A stretch of 64,000 bases of DNA. Origin: Epithemia pelagica. Lineage: Eukaryota > Protista > Bacillariophyta. A program made the position numbers and the translations under genes. Positions 22,061 through 32,729 of this stretch are shown here, in pieces. The notes beneath the pieces were generated by a model. It searched no databases, was not told where the DNA came from, and saw only the letters and a program-made list of their open reading frames with translations. Every line of letters starts with the position of its first letter. Position 1 is the first letter of the stretch. Where the stretch lies: assembly GCA_946965045.2 (NCBI GenBank), contig OX337232.1:1860001-1924000 (forward strand), read 5' to 3'.

Positions 22061-22963
22061 TCATGCCTTTTCACGTCCTTCACAGTGACGCAAAACTCTC
22101 GCGATGCGTTCTTTGGCAGTTTTGGTCGCAGTGTCATCATTCTCGAGGGACGAAAGGCATCCAAGGATAAGATTGGTCATTGTTGATGGAACACTTTCTT
22201 CCACCGCTAAAACCAATGCAGCCATAGCCAGTGACAATACTGGGACTGTCAGGGAGCGGGACGAATATACGGCGACATAGTTTAGTATGGACGAAGAGCG
22301 ATTGGTCATCCGATGCCATTGTACATCAGCCAAATTCGATTGTTGCTGCTCTTGAAGAGAGAGCACAAGAGCCACCACCGCACGATGAGGATGACAAACA
22401 CACACATCAAAACCAAGCCATCTCAAAACATGCTGTTCTGCTGCCACAAGTCTCTCTTTCATGGCCCAATACGTTCCATCCAAAGCGGGCGGGTCTTTTT
22501 TCCATTGTAACACACAATGATGGCTGGATGAACCTGATCCAGAAGCATTTTTGTTCTTGCGCTCGATTCTATCTCTCTTCTCCCAGGATAACATGTGACT
22601 TATATTGATGAAGTCACGAAGACGCCGTGGCTCTTCTTCTGTTTTACATGCCAAGCAAATGCAACTGACCAGAATCAATTGGCCATTGAAGGTTTGCGGT
22701 TCCTCTGAATTATGTCCCAATTGGGTTATATTGTCATGTTCGGATGAAGATTTTGTATTTTGATGGTTCGTTGAATAGAAGTATCGGTGTAGGAGACATG
22801 CGGCTGTGAAAGTGGTTTCCTTTGACAATCGCAGTACATGACAGGCCATCAAAAGAGCTGAGACCATGGGGATCATCGCGTTGTCGTGTTCCTCCTCGAA
22901 ATCCTCCGACATCGTCCCGAAAACCTGTGGAAGCGGAGGTCTCCGTGAGAAGTTGGTCGTCAT
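22061..22963 (-). CDS. Cyclin L/K-like transcriptional cyclin
   Basis: TFTAACLLHRYF, SCICLACKTEEEPRRLRDFIN and AEQHVLRWLGFDV..HPH. Confidence 0.85.
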   Translation of the reverse strand: MTTNFSRRPPLPQVFGTMSEDFEEEHDNAMIPMVSALLMACHVLRLSKETTFTAACLLHRYFYSTNHQNTKSSSEHDNITQLGHNSEEPQTFNGQLILVSCICLACKTEEEPRRLRDFINISHMLSWEKRDRIERKNKNASGSGSSSHHCVLQWKKDPPALDGTYWAMKERLVAAEQHVLRWLGFDVCVCHPHRAVVALVLSLQEQQQSNLADVQWHRMTNRSSSILNYVAVYSSRSLTVPVLSLAMAALVLAVEESVPSTMTNLILGCLSSLENDDTATKTAKERIARVLRHCEGREKA

Positions 22964-23246
22964 TGTCGTTGGCCCTTGGTCTTGTCGTCATGGTACTGTT
23001 TTTAGACGGACTGACTGACGGACCAGAGCAAACCAGTTGGGGAGTCTGATCTTTACACCCAACCAAACAACTGTGAATCACGACTTGATCTGGGAATGGA
23101 TACGACTACAGTAAAAGCGATTTGTATTTCAAAAAACCAGGTCGCATTACCCGCGAAAAATAATCCCCCCCAGGTGTTGCACACATCATCATTCAGCAGC
23201 TCACAAAACAGACATCGTTCGAGAGAAAAACAAAAAGAGCAACATA

Positions 23247-24665
23247 ATGGTTAACACAACTCGTCAGCAACCAAAGAAAGAGCAAGTTGACTATGCAGCC
23301 ACTAATTCGATGATAAAGGAATCAACTGGGTTGAAGACAGCCTCGATGAACCGCACTAATCATAAGCAACCAAAGAGGAAGCAGGTCGCCACGACACCCA
23401 CTACTGCTGTCAGCAAGGATGCAACTCGGTCAAAAACAAGTTCGACAGATCGCACTGGCCGCCAGAAACCAAATAAGACGGGCGTCGATTCCTCAACCAC
23501 AACAGTCATCAGGAAGGAACCAGTAATATCGAAAACATTACCTACGGGTCGTACTGCAAAAACAAACCGGTGTTTCAAGCGCACTGTTACAATTGCCGAT
23601 GACACGGTTCGAACACTCGAGGAAGCCGAGGAGTTTTACTTGAAGCATAAGGAGCTTATTGATGAAGTAATTGAACTTGCTGGTGACATCCCATACGTTG
23701 GTCAATATGTCAGGGCCGTCGAGATCTTCTTGGAATTTGCGGTCAAGTATGGCAAAGATTTGGTCTACCTTGAGAAGCTACTGGACGGACTGGCCAAGGG
23801 GAAGTTGGTCGTGAAAACGGAAAAGGCAATTCAGCTAACAAAGGACTTTGCCCTAAAAGATGTCAAGATGACAATACAAAAAACGGCTAAGCCTTCAATA
23901 TCCGGCTATGGGACCTTGGTTGCAAAACTGGACAATTCGCACACACTTGCTGCGAAGGTTCATATAAGCAAAGATGATTCAGAGTCAAAGGTATGGCGCA
24001 TTGGAGGACGTGTGATTAGCGATTTGAGGTTACCCATCCTGCCGCAAAAGGAATCTCTCTCTCTGAAGAATTCCAACATCAACCTGGAGGTCAACACACA
24101 AACCATGGAGTGGATCTGCACTGTCACAGAAAACATTGCGCTTGAGAAATCTGAGTCGAATTCAATGTCTCTTGTTTTCGGAAATGAGGTCAATAGTTTC
24201 CAGAACGCGATGGTTGATATGACGGTCGATACCTTGAGCAATGACGCCAAGAACTCCACAATCACAGCCTATGACCTTGTGGCTAGTGTGGTTGAAACTG
24301 CCTGCTTCAAAAGCACACCATTGTTCATGAAGATGAAGAAAACTCTCGATAGTGTGGTGCGGGTTGTTTCTGCATCAATATATGCACAACCGTTTTCTTC
24401 TGGCGATGTGATCATTGAGATGGATGTCACCAATAAGAAGGGCGATATTTCCAAGATGTATTTTCTTCAGATACTTTCAGATAATAAAAGTGGAAGGAGA
24501 GAAGTGGCACTGGTTCTCGGCCCAGATTTTTCCCGATACATCGCGTCCACGAATGCTGTGGTCAAAATGAAATGGGGACCATTGAACGGTACGATACTTA
24601 GATTCCGGAGCGGAGATTTCTTGAATGCGGCTTCAATAGATAGTCACAGCCAGAGTAAAGGATGA
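23247..24665 (+). CDS. Hypothetical protein, 472 aa, no recognised family
   Basis: Long intronless ATG-started ORF with protein-like composition; only short shadow ORFs on the other strand. Confidence 0.7.
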   Translation: MVNTTRQQPKKEQVDYAATNSMIKESTGLKTASMNRTNHKQPKRKQVATTPTTAVSKDATRSKTSSTDRTGRQKPNKTGVDSSTTTVIRKEPVISKTLPTGRTAKTNRCFKRTVTIADDTVRTLEEAEEFYLKHKELIDEVIELAGDIPYVGQYVRAVEIFLEFAVKYGKDLVYLEKLLDGLAKGKLVVKTEKAIQLTKDFALKDVKMTIQKTAKPSISGYGTLVAKLDNSHTLAAKVHISKDDSESKVWRIGGRVISDLRLPILPQKESLSLKNSNINLEVNTQTMEWICTVTENIALEKSESNSMSLVFGNEVNSFQNAMVDMTVDTLSNDAKNSTITAYDLVASVVETACFKSTPLFMKMKKTLDSVVRVVSASIYAQPFSSGDVIIEMDVTNKKGDISKMYFLQILSDNKSGRREVALVLGPDFSRYIASTNAVVKMKWGPLNGTILRFRSGDFLNAASIDSHSQSKG

Positions 24666-24703
24666 CCAAAATAGACCAAAATAGACCAAAATAGACCAAA
24701 ATA
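24664..24703 (+). repeat. 10-nt tandem repeat x4 (GACCAAAATA)
   Basis: Four perfect copies starting within the stop codon of the upstream ORF. Confidence 0.95.
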
Positions 24704-25138
24704 GTTCTCTTTCTCTACCTCCTCCTACCTAGCTACGCTACAGTTTGCCATCTTTCGGGGCTGTACAGCCAACCATGAACCACGACTCACCCAGTTCCGC
24801 ATTTCATCTGCAAGTCGTAAAACTTATCTGGCAATGGGCCAGGTTTACAAACACTCTTATCCGTTCTCATCATATTCTCGCTGAGTTTTGTCTTTCGCTC
24901 AACACGACTGCCCCATAAATGCGACTGGATCGATTTTCTGGGGAAAGTATGCGTTTTTAGAACCGTTAAGAACCATGCCCTCGATCGCTGCCGCGCGTCA
25001 AAGCGCCCATAAAAAAGGCAACAGAGCATCATCCTCGCTCATCTTATCGCAACACTACTGTAAAACTAGCGAAACAACAGAAAAACGATCCCCACGCAAA
25101 TGACAGCACACAGAAACGAAACCAGGATCAAGAGCACC

Positions 25139-26444
25139 ATGACAGATTCCGATATCCCCCTTGTCTACGGAACACCAATACCTCCTCCAACTGGCGCAAA
25201 CCCAGCTGCCAGCGCTCCAATTGTCGATACTTCAGGACGTCCAAACTTGCAATCGGCCACGAGACTAAATGGAGGGAGAAGTTCTCGTTTTACGCTCCCC
25301 ACTGATAATGAAAATGTGGAAATAACTGAGCGAACAATCCAGAGCTTGATGGATCAAGGTTTCACAAGAGGCTTGGCGGAATCTCTAAGACGAAACAAGA
25401 TGGCGTTTCCCTTGTCTATCTGGATCGTTGACAACAGTGGATCCATGCAACACCAAGATGGCCACCGAATCCTCGAAATACAGAAAAAGAAACAACTGAA
25501 GCTTGTGCCGTGTACCAGATGGGCAGAAATGCAGCAAACTGTCGAATATCATGCTTTGATGGCGGCAAAACTTCAATCACCAACCATTTTCCGGTAAGTC
25601 AAATCGACCTCACAGCAAATTTGTAGTGATGCTTTCCTGCCACTAACTGTATTTGGAAAGGCTTCTGAACGATCCTGGTCGGTCAGCTGGGGAGCAACAG
25701 TTTTCAGTTGCAGAGCGAGGACCATCGCTTATCGACGAAGATCTTGCTGTGGCACAACAAACAATGATCAACGCCTCTCCCGGTGGGGTGACACCCCTAG
25801 TCCCTCATTTGCAAGAGGTTCGCAACAACGTCTTGGCTCTCGAGCCTGACTTGCGAAAAAATGGCACCAAAGTTGTGTTAGTGATGGCGACAGATGGCAT
25901 CCCCACAAACAATCGAGGATTGTCCGATTCCGTTGTCAAGCAACAGTTTGTTGAGGCGCTACGAGCCTTTGAGGGACTGCCTGTTTGGGTTGTTGTGAGG
26001 TTATGCACCGATGAAGAAGAAGTCGTTGACTTTTGGAACTCTTTAGATGAACAATTAGAACTCAGCTTGGAGGTACTAGATGATTTTGCATCGGAAGCCG
26101 CTGAAGTACATGAACACAACAAATGGCTCAACTACGGACTGCCCTTGCATCGCATGAGAGAAATGGGATTCCACAATCGGCTGTTTGATTTGTTAGATGA
26201 GAGAAAACTCGATAAGGGTGAGCTTCGGGAGTTTTTCCGTCTTTTATTCGGAGACGGTAAGATGGACGGTGTAACTGATCCTGAACTGGATTGGAAGAGT
26301 TTCTATCATGATATATCCAAACTGACGGAAAAAGAGGAAAAGACATGGAACCCACTGACGAGACGGGTGCAGCCTTGGATTGATCTCAAACAACTTAAGA
26401 AAGATTACGGAGGTGGTTGGTTTTCAGAAATATTCGGGATGTAG
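25139..26444 (+). CDS. vWA-domain protein, paralog 1 (intron 25594-25660)
   Basis: WIVDNSGSM (MIDAS DxSxS), GGVTPL, VMATDG. GTAAGT...AAG intron with CTAAC branch point joins FR|LLNDP. Confidence 0.88.
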
Positions 26445-26955
26445 ATGGGAAAGAAAAAATGATTGTTTACTTACAGTAGTGGAAATTCTTAAACAGCTGA
26501 CAGTCCATTCGTAGCTTTCCGATGCTTATTATCTCATTGTGATCTGTTCTATGAGCGAATAAAAACATTAGGATTGTTTGAGTCGAGGTACATTTTTTAG
26601 GTGAAGATCGGAGATTGATGGCGACACTTAACAACTGGCAAATTCTCGACGGAACGGTCCATTGTGTATAAACGAACCTAGACCAACGGTGAACATTCGC
26701 CGATAGATGCTGGGTAGAGTCCGTATGTATAGCGTCTATTGAACATACTTGATAGACACACTCTTCGTGTTAAGATGATTCCTTACTAGGAGTAGCAAGG
26801 TAGCTATGGATAGCAGCAACCCCAAACGCGGAATTAAACGCGTGTCAATTGTCAATCCCGTTCACGACTTCTTGCCGTAACGCGACTTCTTTTTTGACTT
26901 CCGAGCTTCCGAAGGTTTTCTCATAAAAAGAAGAATGAGATCAAAAGCGAAAACA

Positions 26956-28214
26956 ATGACGGACCCTGATATTCCTCTCGCGAACGCAGTCCCCATCCCT
27001 CCTCCTATCAACCCAGCATATGACGCTGCGAGTGCTCCCGGATCATATCAAAACGAACGCCAGAGCCAGATAGATCTCTCATATTCACATTCCGATGGAT
27101 TGGACGAGAGTAAAGTGATGGGTACGTTGATGGAACAGGGCTATACGAGAGGATTGGCAGAAGCGATGATCCGCAGTAAGCAGACATTTCCACTTCGTAT
27201 TTGGGTGGTGGACAACAGTGGATCAATGCAGCACGTGGATGGTCATCGAATTGTGCAGAAAGACCATCAACTGAAACTTGTTCAATGCACGAGGTGGACC
27301 GAAATGCAGCAAACTGTTGAATATCACGCTTTAATGTCAGCACAGTTACAGTCACCGACTGTTTTCAGGTAGCGATAATATCGTTTCGTCTGGATTTGAT
27401 AAAAATTCTTGACTCACACCGGCTTCTTTGTTTCAGACTTTTGAACAACCCGGGACGCGCCGCCGGAGAACAGCAATTCTCAATCGCACAACGTGGACAG
27501 GCACATATTGAAAGCGACATTGCGGTGGCACAACAGACAATGGAGAGTACGTTTCCTGGTGGTGTAACACCATTGATTCCCCACTTGGAAGAAGTACGCA
27601 GCAATATTTTGGCACTTGAGTCTGAACTGCGAAACACTGGTACCAAGGTTGTCCTTGTCCTGGCGACGGATGGTCTTCCAACAAACAATCGAGGAGTTTC
27701 AGATGGGACTGTGAAACGTCAATTCGTTGAAGCTCTCCGAGCATTGGAAGGATTGCCAGTGTGGATTGTTGTGAGATTGTGCACAGACGAAGAAAATGTG
27801 GTTGAGTTTTGGAATTCCTTGGATGCGCAACTCGAGCTCAGCTTAGAGGTTCTTGACGATTTTGTCTCCGAGGCTGAAGAAATCCATAAGCATAATCCTT
27901 GGCTGAATTATGGATTGCCTCTTCATCGAATGCGTGAGATGGGATTTTACCATCGATTATTCGATTTATTGGATGAGAGGCGGCTTTCCAAGTATGAACT
28001 GCGGGATTTCTTCAGGCTTTTGATGGGGAACGAAAAAATGGCGGATGTTCCAGATCCAGAAGAAGATTGGAAAAGCTTTTACCAACATATATCAAAGCTT
28101 ATCGGCAAGGAGAAGAAAACATGGAATCCGGTCACCAAACTGCTTGAACCATGGATTGACATGAACCAACTAAAGAAAGACTATGGAGGTGGTGGCGGTT
28201 GGTTTTTCTTCTAG
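26956..28214 (+). CDS. vWA-domain protein, paralog 2, tandem duplicate (intron 27369-27436)
   Basis: Clearly similar to paralog 1 along most of its length, with the same phase-2 intron position (FR|LLNNP). Confidence 0.88.
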
Positions 28215-28429
28215 ATTCCTACCGGACTGTGGAAAGAAGCCGATCGGTGTCTTTTGAGCTATGTATTGGTGTTCAGGCTGGGTTCCGAGAGGCAAATACC
28301 AGTTAACACCAGGAACATAAGTTGAAAAGACATTCTGACTCGGTTGCTGCTCCTTTGAAAGTCTGTCGAGTTCTCGCATGGTAACAGAAATTCCTAAGTG
28401 GACTTCTAAGTGGACTTTGTCCATCTTGT

Positions 28430-28906
28430 TTAAGGCTGGTCGCAGACTGTAACCTTTTCATAAGCTGTCCCTGTATCTTTGTAGAATTGTTTGCATCGAA
28501 TGAAATCGCCTCGATCAACTTTTCCGAATGCGTCCAGCGACCCCGATCGCTTTGTCGACATTCCCGCACGAACACAGGCCTCTCCAGTGGCCTTACTTGG
28601 GAAACCGTAATTGCACAGGGCTTCATCTTCGCTGAGTTGTTGCTGGCGATTTGAGGAATCGGCAAGCTCTTGATTGATGAAAGCGTCCATATCCAATGCC
28701 TCAGCGGAAGAGGGAGGATATCCCAATGCAACAGCGGCACCCATTGTTGCGATCAAGGGAGATCCTGCAACCGTAAGTGATTCAGTGAAAAATTCTCGTC
28801 GAGTTTGGAACGAGGCTCCATGTCGTCCCCCCAGCTGTGATGGAGACCATGCTGATGAGACGACCAAAGTTCCAAGGAATGCAAGATATATACTGGAATA
28901 CCTCAT
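28430..28906 (-). CDS. Putative thylakoid-lumen protein of unknown function
   Basis: Signal peptide ending SSA-W, twin-arginine TRREFF, hydrophobic stretch, AEA cleavage site, and a small mature domain with 4 Cys. Confidence 0.7.
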   Translation of the reverse strand: MRYSSIYLAFLGTLVVSSAWSPSQLGGRHGASFQTRREFFTESLTVAGSPLIATMGAAVALGYPPSSAEALDMDAFINQELADSSNRQQQLSEDEALCNYGFPSKATGEACVRAGMSTKRSGSLDAFGKVDRGDFIRCKQFYKDTGTAYEKVTVCDQP

Positions 28907-29340
28907 TCTTTTCACAGCGAAATGTATTGAATGGATGTCAAAGGAGTCGGATTTATTCAGCTAAAAGTTGGGGTGCCTCAACCGTGATGAGGCGCTCATC
29001 ATCGTCATTCTGAATGGCTGAATGAGGTGGTCGGTACATGTGTGCGTCCGCTCAAAACAACCAACACAAAACTTCATACCAATTCGTAGCGGGAATCACC
29101 TTTACAGATTCGTAATTATTTTCTTTACGAATGAAGTAAGTGAATTATGAATCGCTTAGTAGTAGTAGAAGTATAAAGTATACTCCCAAGCGGCTTGTTT
29201 CAGAGGTCTTATTTACGTTTAAACAAGAAATTACACCCTCAAATAATGCACCGCTGGGGGGGATACTCTAAGCCATCTGATTTTTGTGCTGTGGTTTTGG
29301 ATCTCCCCATCAAAGTGTGTGCTGTTGATCCCCATGGACC

Positions 29341-30795
29341 ATGGTCGAGAAGTCGAGTTCACCTGAACAGGCAGCAGATGATGATAGTCCATCATGGACT
29401 CGTCCGGCAGAGCCCCGACATGCTCATTTTGATTGTTTCTCGGGTGCAGCCGGTGACATGATTTTGGCAGCCTGTCTGGACGCAGCTGGACCAAAAGGAG
29501 AAGCACTCCTTCAGCATGTTGACCTCTGTATTCGCAAGGGCATGCCCGCCCTCGATGGCGAATACTCTATATCGAAGAAACGAGTGTGGAGAGGCGTTGG
29601 TCGCATTGCAGCCACGCATGTTGACGTTACCAGTGTATATCAGCATGAACCTGCTCCAGTCCCCGATTCGAGTAAACACGCAAGTCCTTCAAATACACCG
29701 ACCAGACTTCGTGAAAGACGAAGAGCAGAACTAGACGACGCACAGCATAATGCGTCCACCACGACGCACAACCCATCCACTCCAAAGAATTCTAGAAAAA
29801 GTTCTTCCGACAGCAAAGTGAAGTCATCCGTCGGTAGGACAAACAGTAGCCGAAGTGCATCTGGTTTGAATGAAAGCAAGAGAAGTCCATCGGGATTGAA
29901 TGATGACACGACAAACTTCACAGGATTGAATGACAGCAAAGGTAGTCTCATAGATACTCTCGAAGCGATTATAGGAGACCACAAACAGGAAGAAGAACAT
30001 GCATCATATGATGATAGCAACCTCCATCATGGCCACGCTCATGACCATCCTCCGAATACGAATTACTTGGAAGATAGCCCCAAACCTGCTACTTCCACTG
30101 CTTCACACGATCATGCTCATGGACATGGACACTCGCATGATCACGGACACTCGCATGATCATAGCCATTCTCATGGCCATAGTCACAGTTATACACATCA
30201 CATGGATCAAACACATGTCAAGGGACCACTGCGAAATATCCCCGAAATCCGGCGAATGTTGGAAGATTCCAAAGATTGGATTCCCGCTTGGGTTCGCACA
30301 ACTGCAATTAAAGCGTTCACATTGTTAGCAGAAGCCGAAGCCTCGGTCCACGGCGCTGAGAGTACGGATGCCGTACATTTCCATGAAGTGGGAGCTGTGG
30401 ACTCTATTGTCGACACCGTTGGATCTTTGGTGGCACTTCATGCCCTTGGTGCTGAAACCTTCTCGTGCAGTCGTCTCCCTTTGGGCGAAGGGACCGTGCG
30501 CACAGCACACGGACTTCTTCCAGTACCGGCCCCAGCAACTCTCCGTCTCATGATTGGTATGCCCACAACTGCTGGTCCACCAGGTATATCCGGTGAACTG
30601 GTCACGCCTACCGGAGCCGCATTGCTACGGGCACTGACTATCAACAATTCAAGTGGAATGACCAACACGCAATCCCACAGCACCCGACCTCCTCGCTTCA
30701 CACTTCGGGAAATAGGAATTGGAGCTGGCACAAAGGATTTTGGGAATCATCCCAACATCGTACGTCTAATGATTGGCGATGCCGTTGTCGTCTAA
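29341..30795 (+). CDS. larC: LarC (DUF111) nickel-insertion family protein, N-terminal domain only, His-rich
   Basis: FDCFSGAAGDM, poly-His linker, AEAEASVHG, VHFHEVGAVDSIVD, GTVRTAHGLLPVPAPAT, GELVTPTGAALL, GIGAGTKDF..HPNIVR. Confidence 0.92.
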   Translation: MVEKSSSPEQAADDDSPSWTRPAEPRHAHFDCFSGAAGDMILAACLDAAGPKGEALLQHVDLCIRKGMPALDGEYSISKKRVWRGVGRIAATHVDVTSVYQHEPAPVPDSSKHASPSNTPTRLRERRRAELDDAQHNASTTTHNPSTPKNSRKSSSDSKVKSSVGRTNSSRSASGLNESKRSPSGLNDDTTNFTGLNDSKGSLIDTLEAIIGDHKQEEEHASYDDSNLHHGHAHDHPPNTNYLEDSPKPATSTASHDHAHGHGHSHDHGHSHDHSHSHGHSHSYTHHMDQTHVKGPLRNIPEIRRMLEDSKDWIPAWVRTTAIKAFTLLAEAEASVHGAESTDAVHFHEVGAVDSIVDTVGSLVALHALGAETFSCSRLPLGEGTVRTAHGLLPVPAPATLRLMIGMPTTAGPPGISGELVTPTGAALLRALTINNSSGMTNTQSHSTRPPRFTLREIGIGAGTKDFGNHPNIVRLMIGDAVVV

Positions 30796-31019
30796 CCATT
30801 GGACATCATCATACCTACTCCGATAATTTGGTCCCGCATGTTTATTCCCGCGCTGGGGAAATCGCCACGTGACTTTTTAGTCCCATATGTCGCTCGCTGC
30901 GTGATTGGATTGCCACCTGGCGATTTGGAGCGTGGAAATGGGAACCAAAAGCTGCTCTATGGTCTCACAAAATTAAAAACGCGGTTTTTGAATCTCAAAA
31001 AAGGAAAACAACTCTCACT

Positions 31020-31706
31020 ATGCGACTTTCACTCCCAGCAACCTTGGTATTGGCAGGTTCAGCTGCCCTTACACCTGCAACTGCGCACTACTACGGAGGT
31101 CGACGTATTATGGCGCCGCATCGTCATGGAAGGCGCCAGCTTCAGCAGCGCTTGTCGTCATCGGATCCTCTGACACTGGCCCTGGACTTTTTGCACACTC
31201 CCTTTTATGGTGATTTCGATCATCTTTTCCAAGCCACTCAAGACACCATGGATAGATTGGCTCGCGCCTCCATTTCATCGCCTCGCTACATGGTCTCTGA
31301 AAACAAAGAGGAGGGTTTGATTGAATTGTCTATGGAGTTACCAGGCGTTAGCGCGAACGACTTGAACGTCGAAATTGAAGACAACCGAATTCTCCGTATT
31401 CAGGGGTCTCGGACTATCGCACAGGGAATGACATCTGAGTTTGATCGTTCTTTTCAGTTGGACAAAGAAATTAACCCGTCCTCAATCCACGTAACTCTTT
31501 CGTCCGGAATTCTCAAAGTGACAGGTGCAAAGAAAGAAAGAGAAATCAAGCAGCTTCCGATTGAATGTCCCGGAGAAGCAAAGCAAACCCTTTCGTTGAA
31601 TGACTCAAAGTCAGAGAATGAAGACAAATCTGAAAATTCAGCGGAATCGACCAAAGTGGAAGAGACTGTGGATGGTATGACGATAACAACGGAAGATGAT
31701 GCTTAA
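31020..31706 (+). CDS. Small heat-shock protein (HSP20) with signal peptide
   Basis: MELPGV..DLNVEIED.RILRIQGSR, FDRSFQL, GILKV; hydrophobic N-terminus. Confidence 0.88.
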   Translation: MRLSLPATLVLAGSAALTPATAHYYGGRRIMAPHRHGRRQLQQRLSSSDPLTLALDFLHTPFYGDFDHLFQATQDTMDRLARASISSPRYMVSENKEEGLIELSMELPGVSANDLNVEIEDNRILRIQGSRTIAQGMTSEFDRSFQLDKEINPSSIHVTLSSGILKVTGAKKEREIKQLPIECPGEAKQTLSLNDSKSENEDKSENSAESTKVEETVDGMTITTEDDA

Positions 31707-32134
31707 ACATGATATATTGGTCCAGCAAAAGAGAAGAGATTTTGCGAATTATTTTGCATCCTCCTAAGCGAATAGAATACATATTAGTGATCGAAAGAAT
31801 AGTTTACGTTTACTCTTGAATCATCCGTATGTTTGCGACCCTTCTCTCACCAAATGACTTCTCCAAGACTCAATGAATCCACATACAGCTTCAGTGAATG
31901 CTCAATTTAGCACGAATGTGCATCACCTCAGAGGATGAAGCTAAGGCCCTCCAACGAGGAATTTATCAAGTCTCCTCTGGACAACAAAAATGGAGTACAA
32001 AACGAAACAGTTTTCGTTAGGTTGTATATTGACGGGTTTTCCAATGGAATAACGTGAGTCCTGAAATTTCGTTCCCCTAGGAGGTCAAGCAGATGGTGGG
32101 CTCCAAATAGAGAGTTGAGTTATGCACATTATTT

Positions 32135-32722
32135 TCAGCCGAATAAACCCCAATCACGAATCCGTAGTGAACAAAAAATGCTTCGAAAGAGAGCGGACGT
32201 TGTCGCTGTTGTTGTCGTGTCTTGTGGATTGGACTCATTGGGTGAAGACAACGTCACCAAAAGATCTGTCTTCACATTATCCAAGCGAAGGAGACCAAGT
32301 TCTACACTAACCCAGGAAGCTTCCTGTGATTTTTGCAGATTGCCGAATACGTCGTAATCTTGTCCTTTAGCAATTTTTTGCAGTCCCTTTCCAATGCAGA
32401 CCACTGACTGAAGCGGGAACTCTCCACTCATGAACTCTTCATCTGGCAGTGCCGTGTATGCCATGTCATCTGTTGACGATACTCCATTTGATTCTGCCAG
32501 ATCCTTAAAGAAAAATTCTCCGGCAGAATCATTGGGAATCGTGGTTTGCTGATCAAGAATCTCGATAACTAACACGCGACCTCCCGATTCTTCCCAACAC
32601 TCTTGGTGGTCAGGAACCTGGCGCAGGTCGGAAATGTCTTGAAATCCATCAGGGATGTAGCACGTTATTGCTCCTCCAAAAAGTGGGCGGATAACTTCCG
32701 GTTGTGTTTCCATTGTCGTCAT
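32135..32722 (-). CDS. MOG1: Ran guanine nucleotide release factor MOG1
   Basis: RPLFGGAI, DISDLRQVPDHQE, VIEIL, FFKDLAESN. Confidence 0.88.
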   Translation of the reverse strand: MTTMETQPEVIRPLFGGAITCYIPDGFQDISDLRQVPDHQECWEESGGRVLVIEILDQQTTIPNDSAGEFFFKDLAESNGVSSTDDMAYTALPDEEFMSGEFPLQSVVCIGKGLQKIAKGQDYDVFGNLQKSQEASWVSVELGLLRLDNVKTDLLVTLSSPNESNPQDTTTTATTSALFRSIFCSLRIRDWGLFG

Positions 32723-32729
32723 CGAGAAT

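Noticed and set aside
30799-31173. ORF right after larC as a possible LarC2 reached by frameshift
   Set aside because: No LarC C-terminal motifs, and it overlaps the sHSP gene in another frame.
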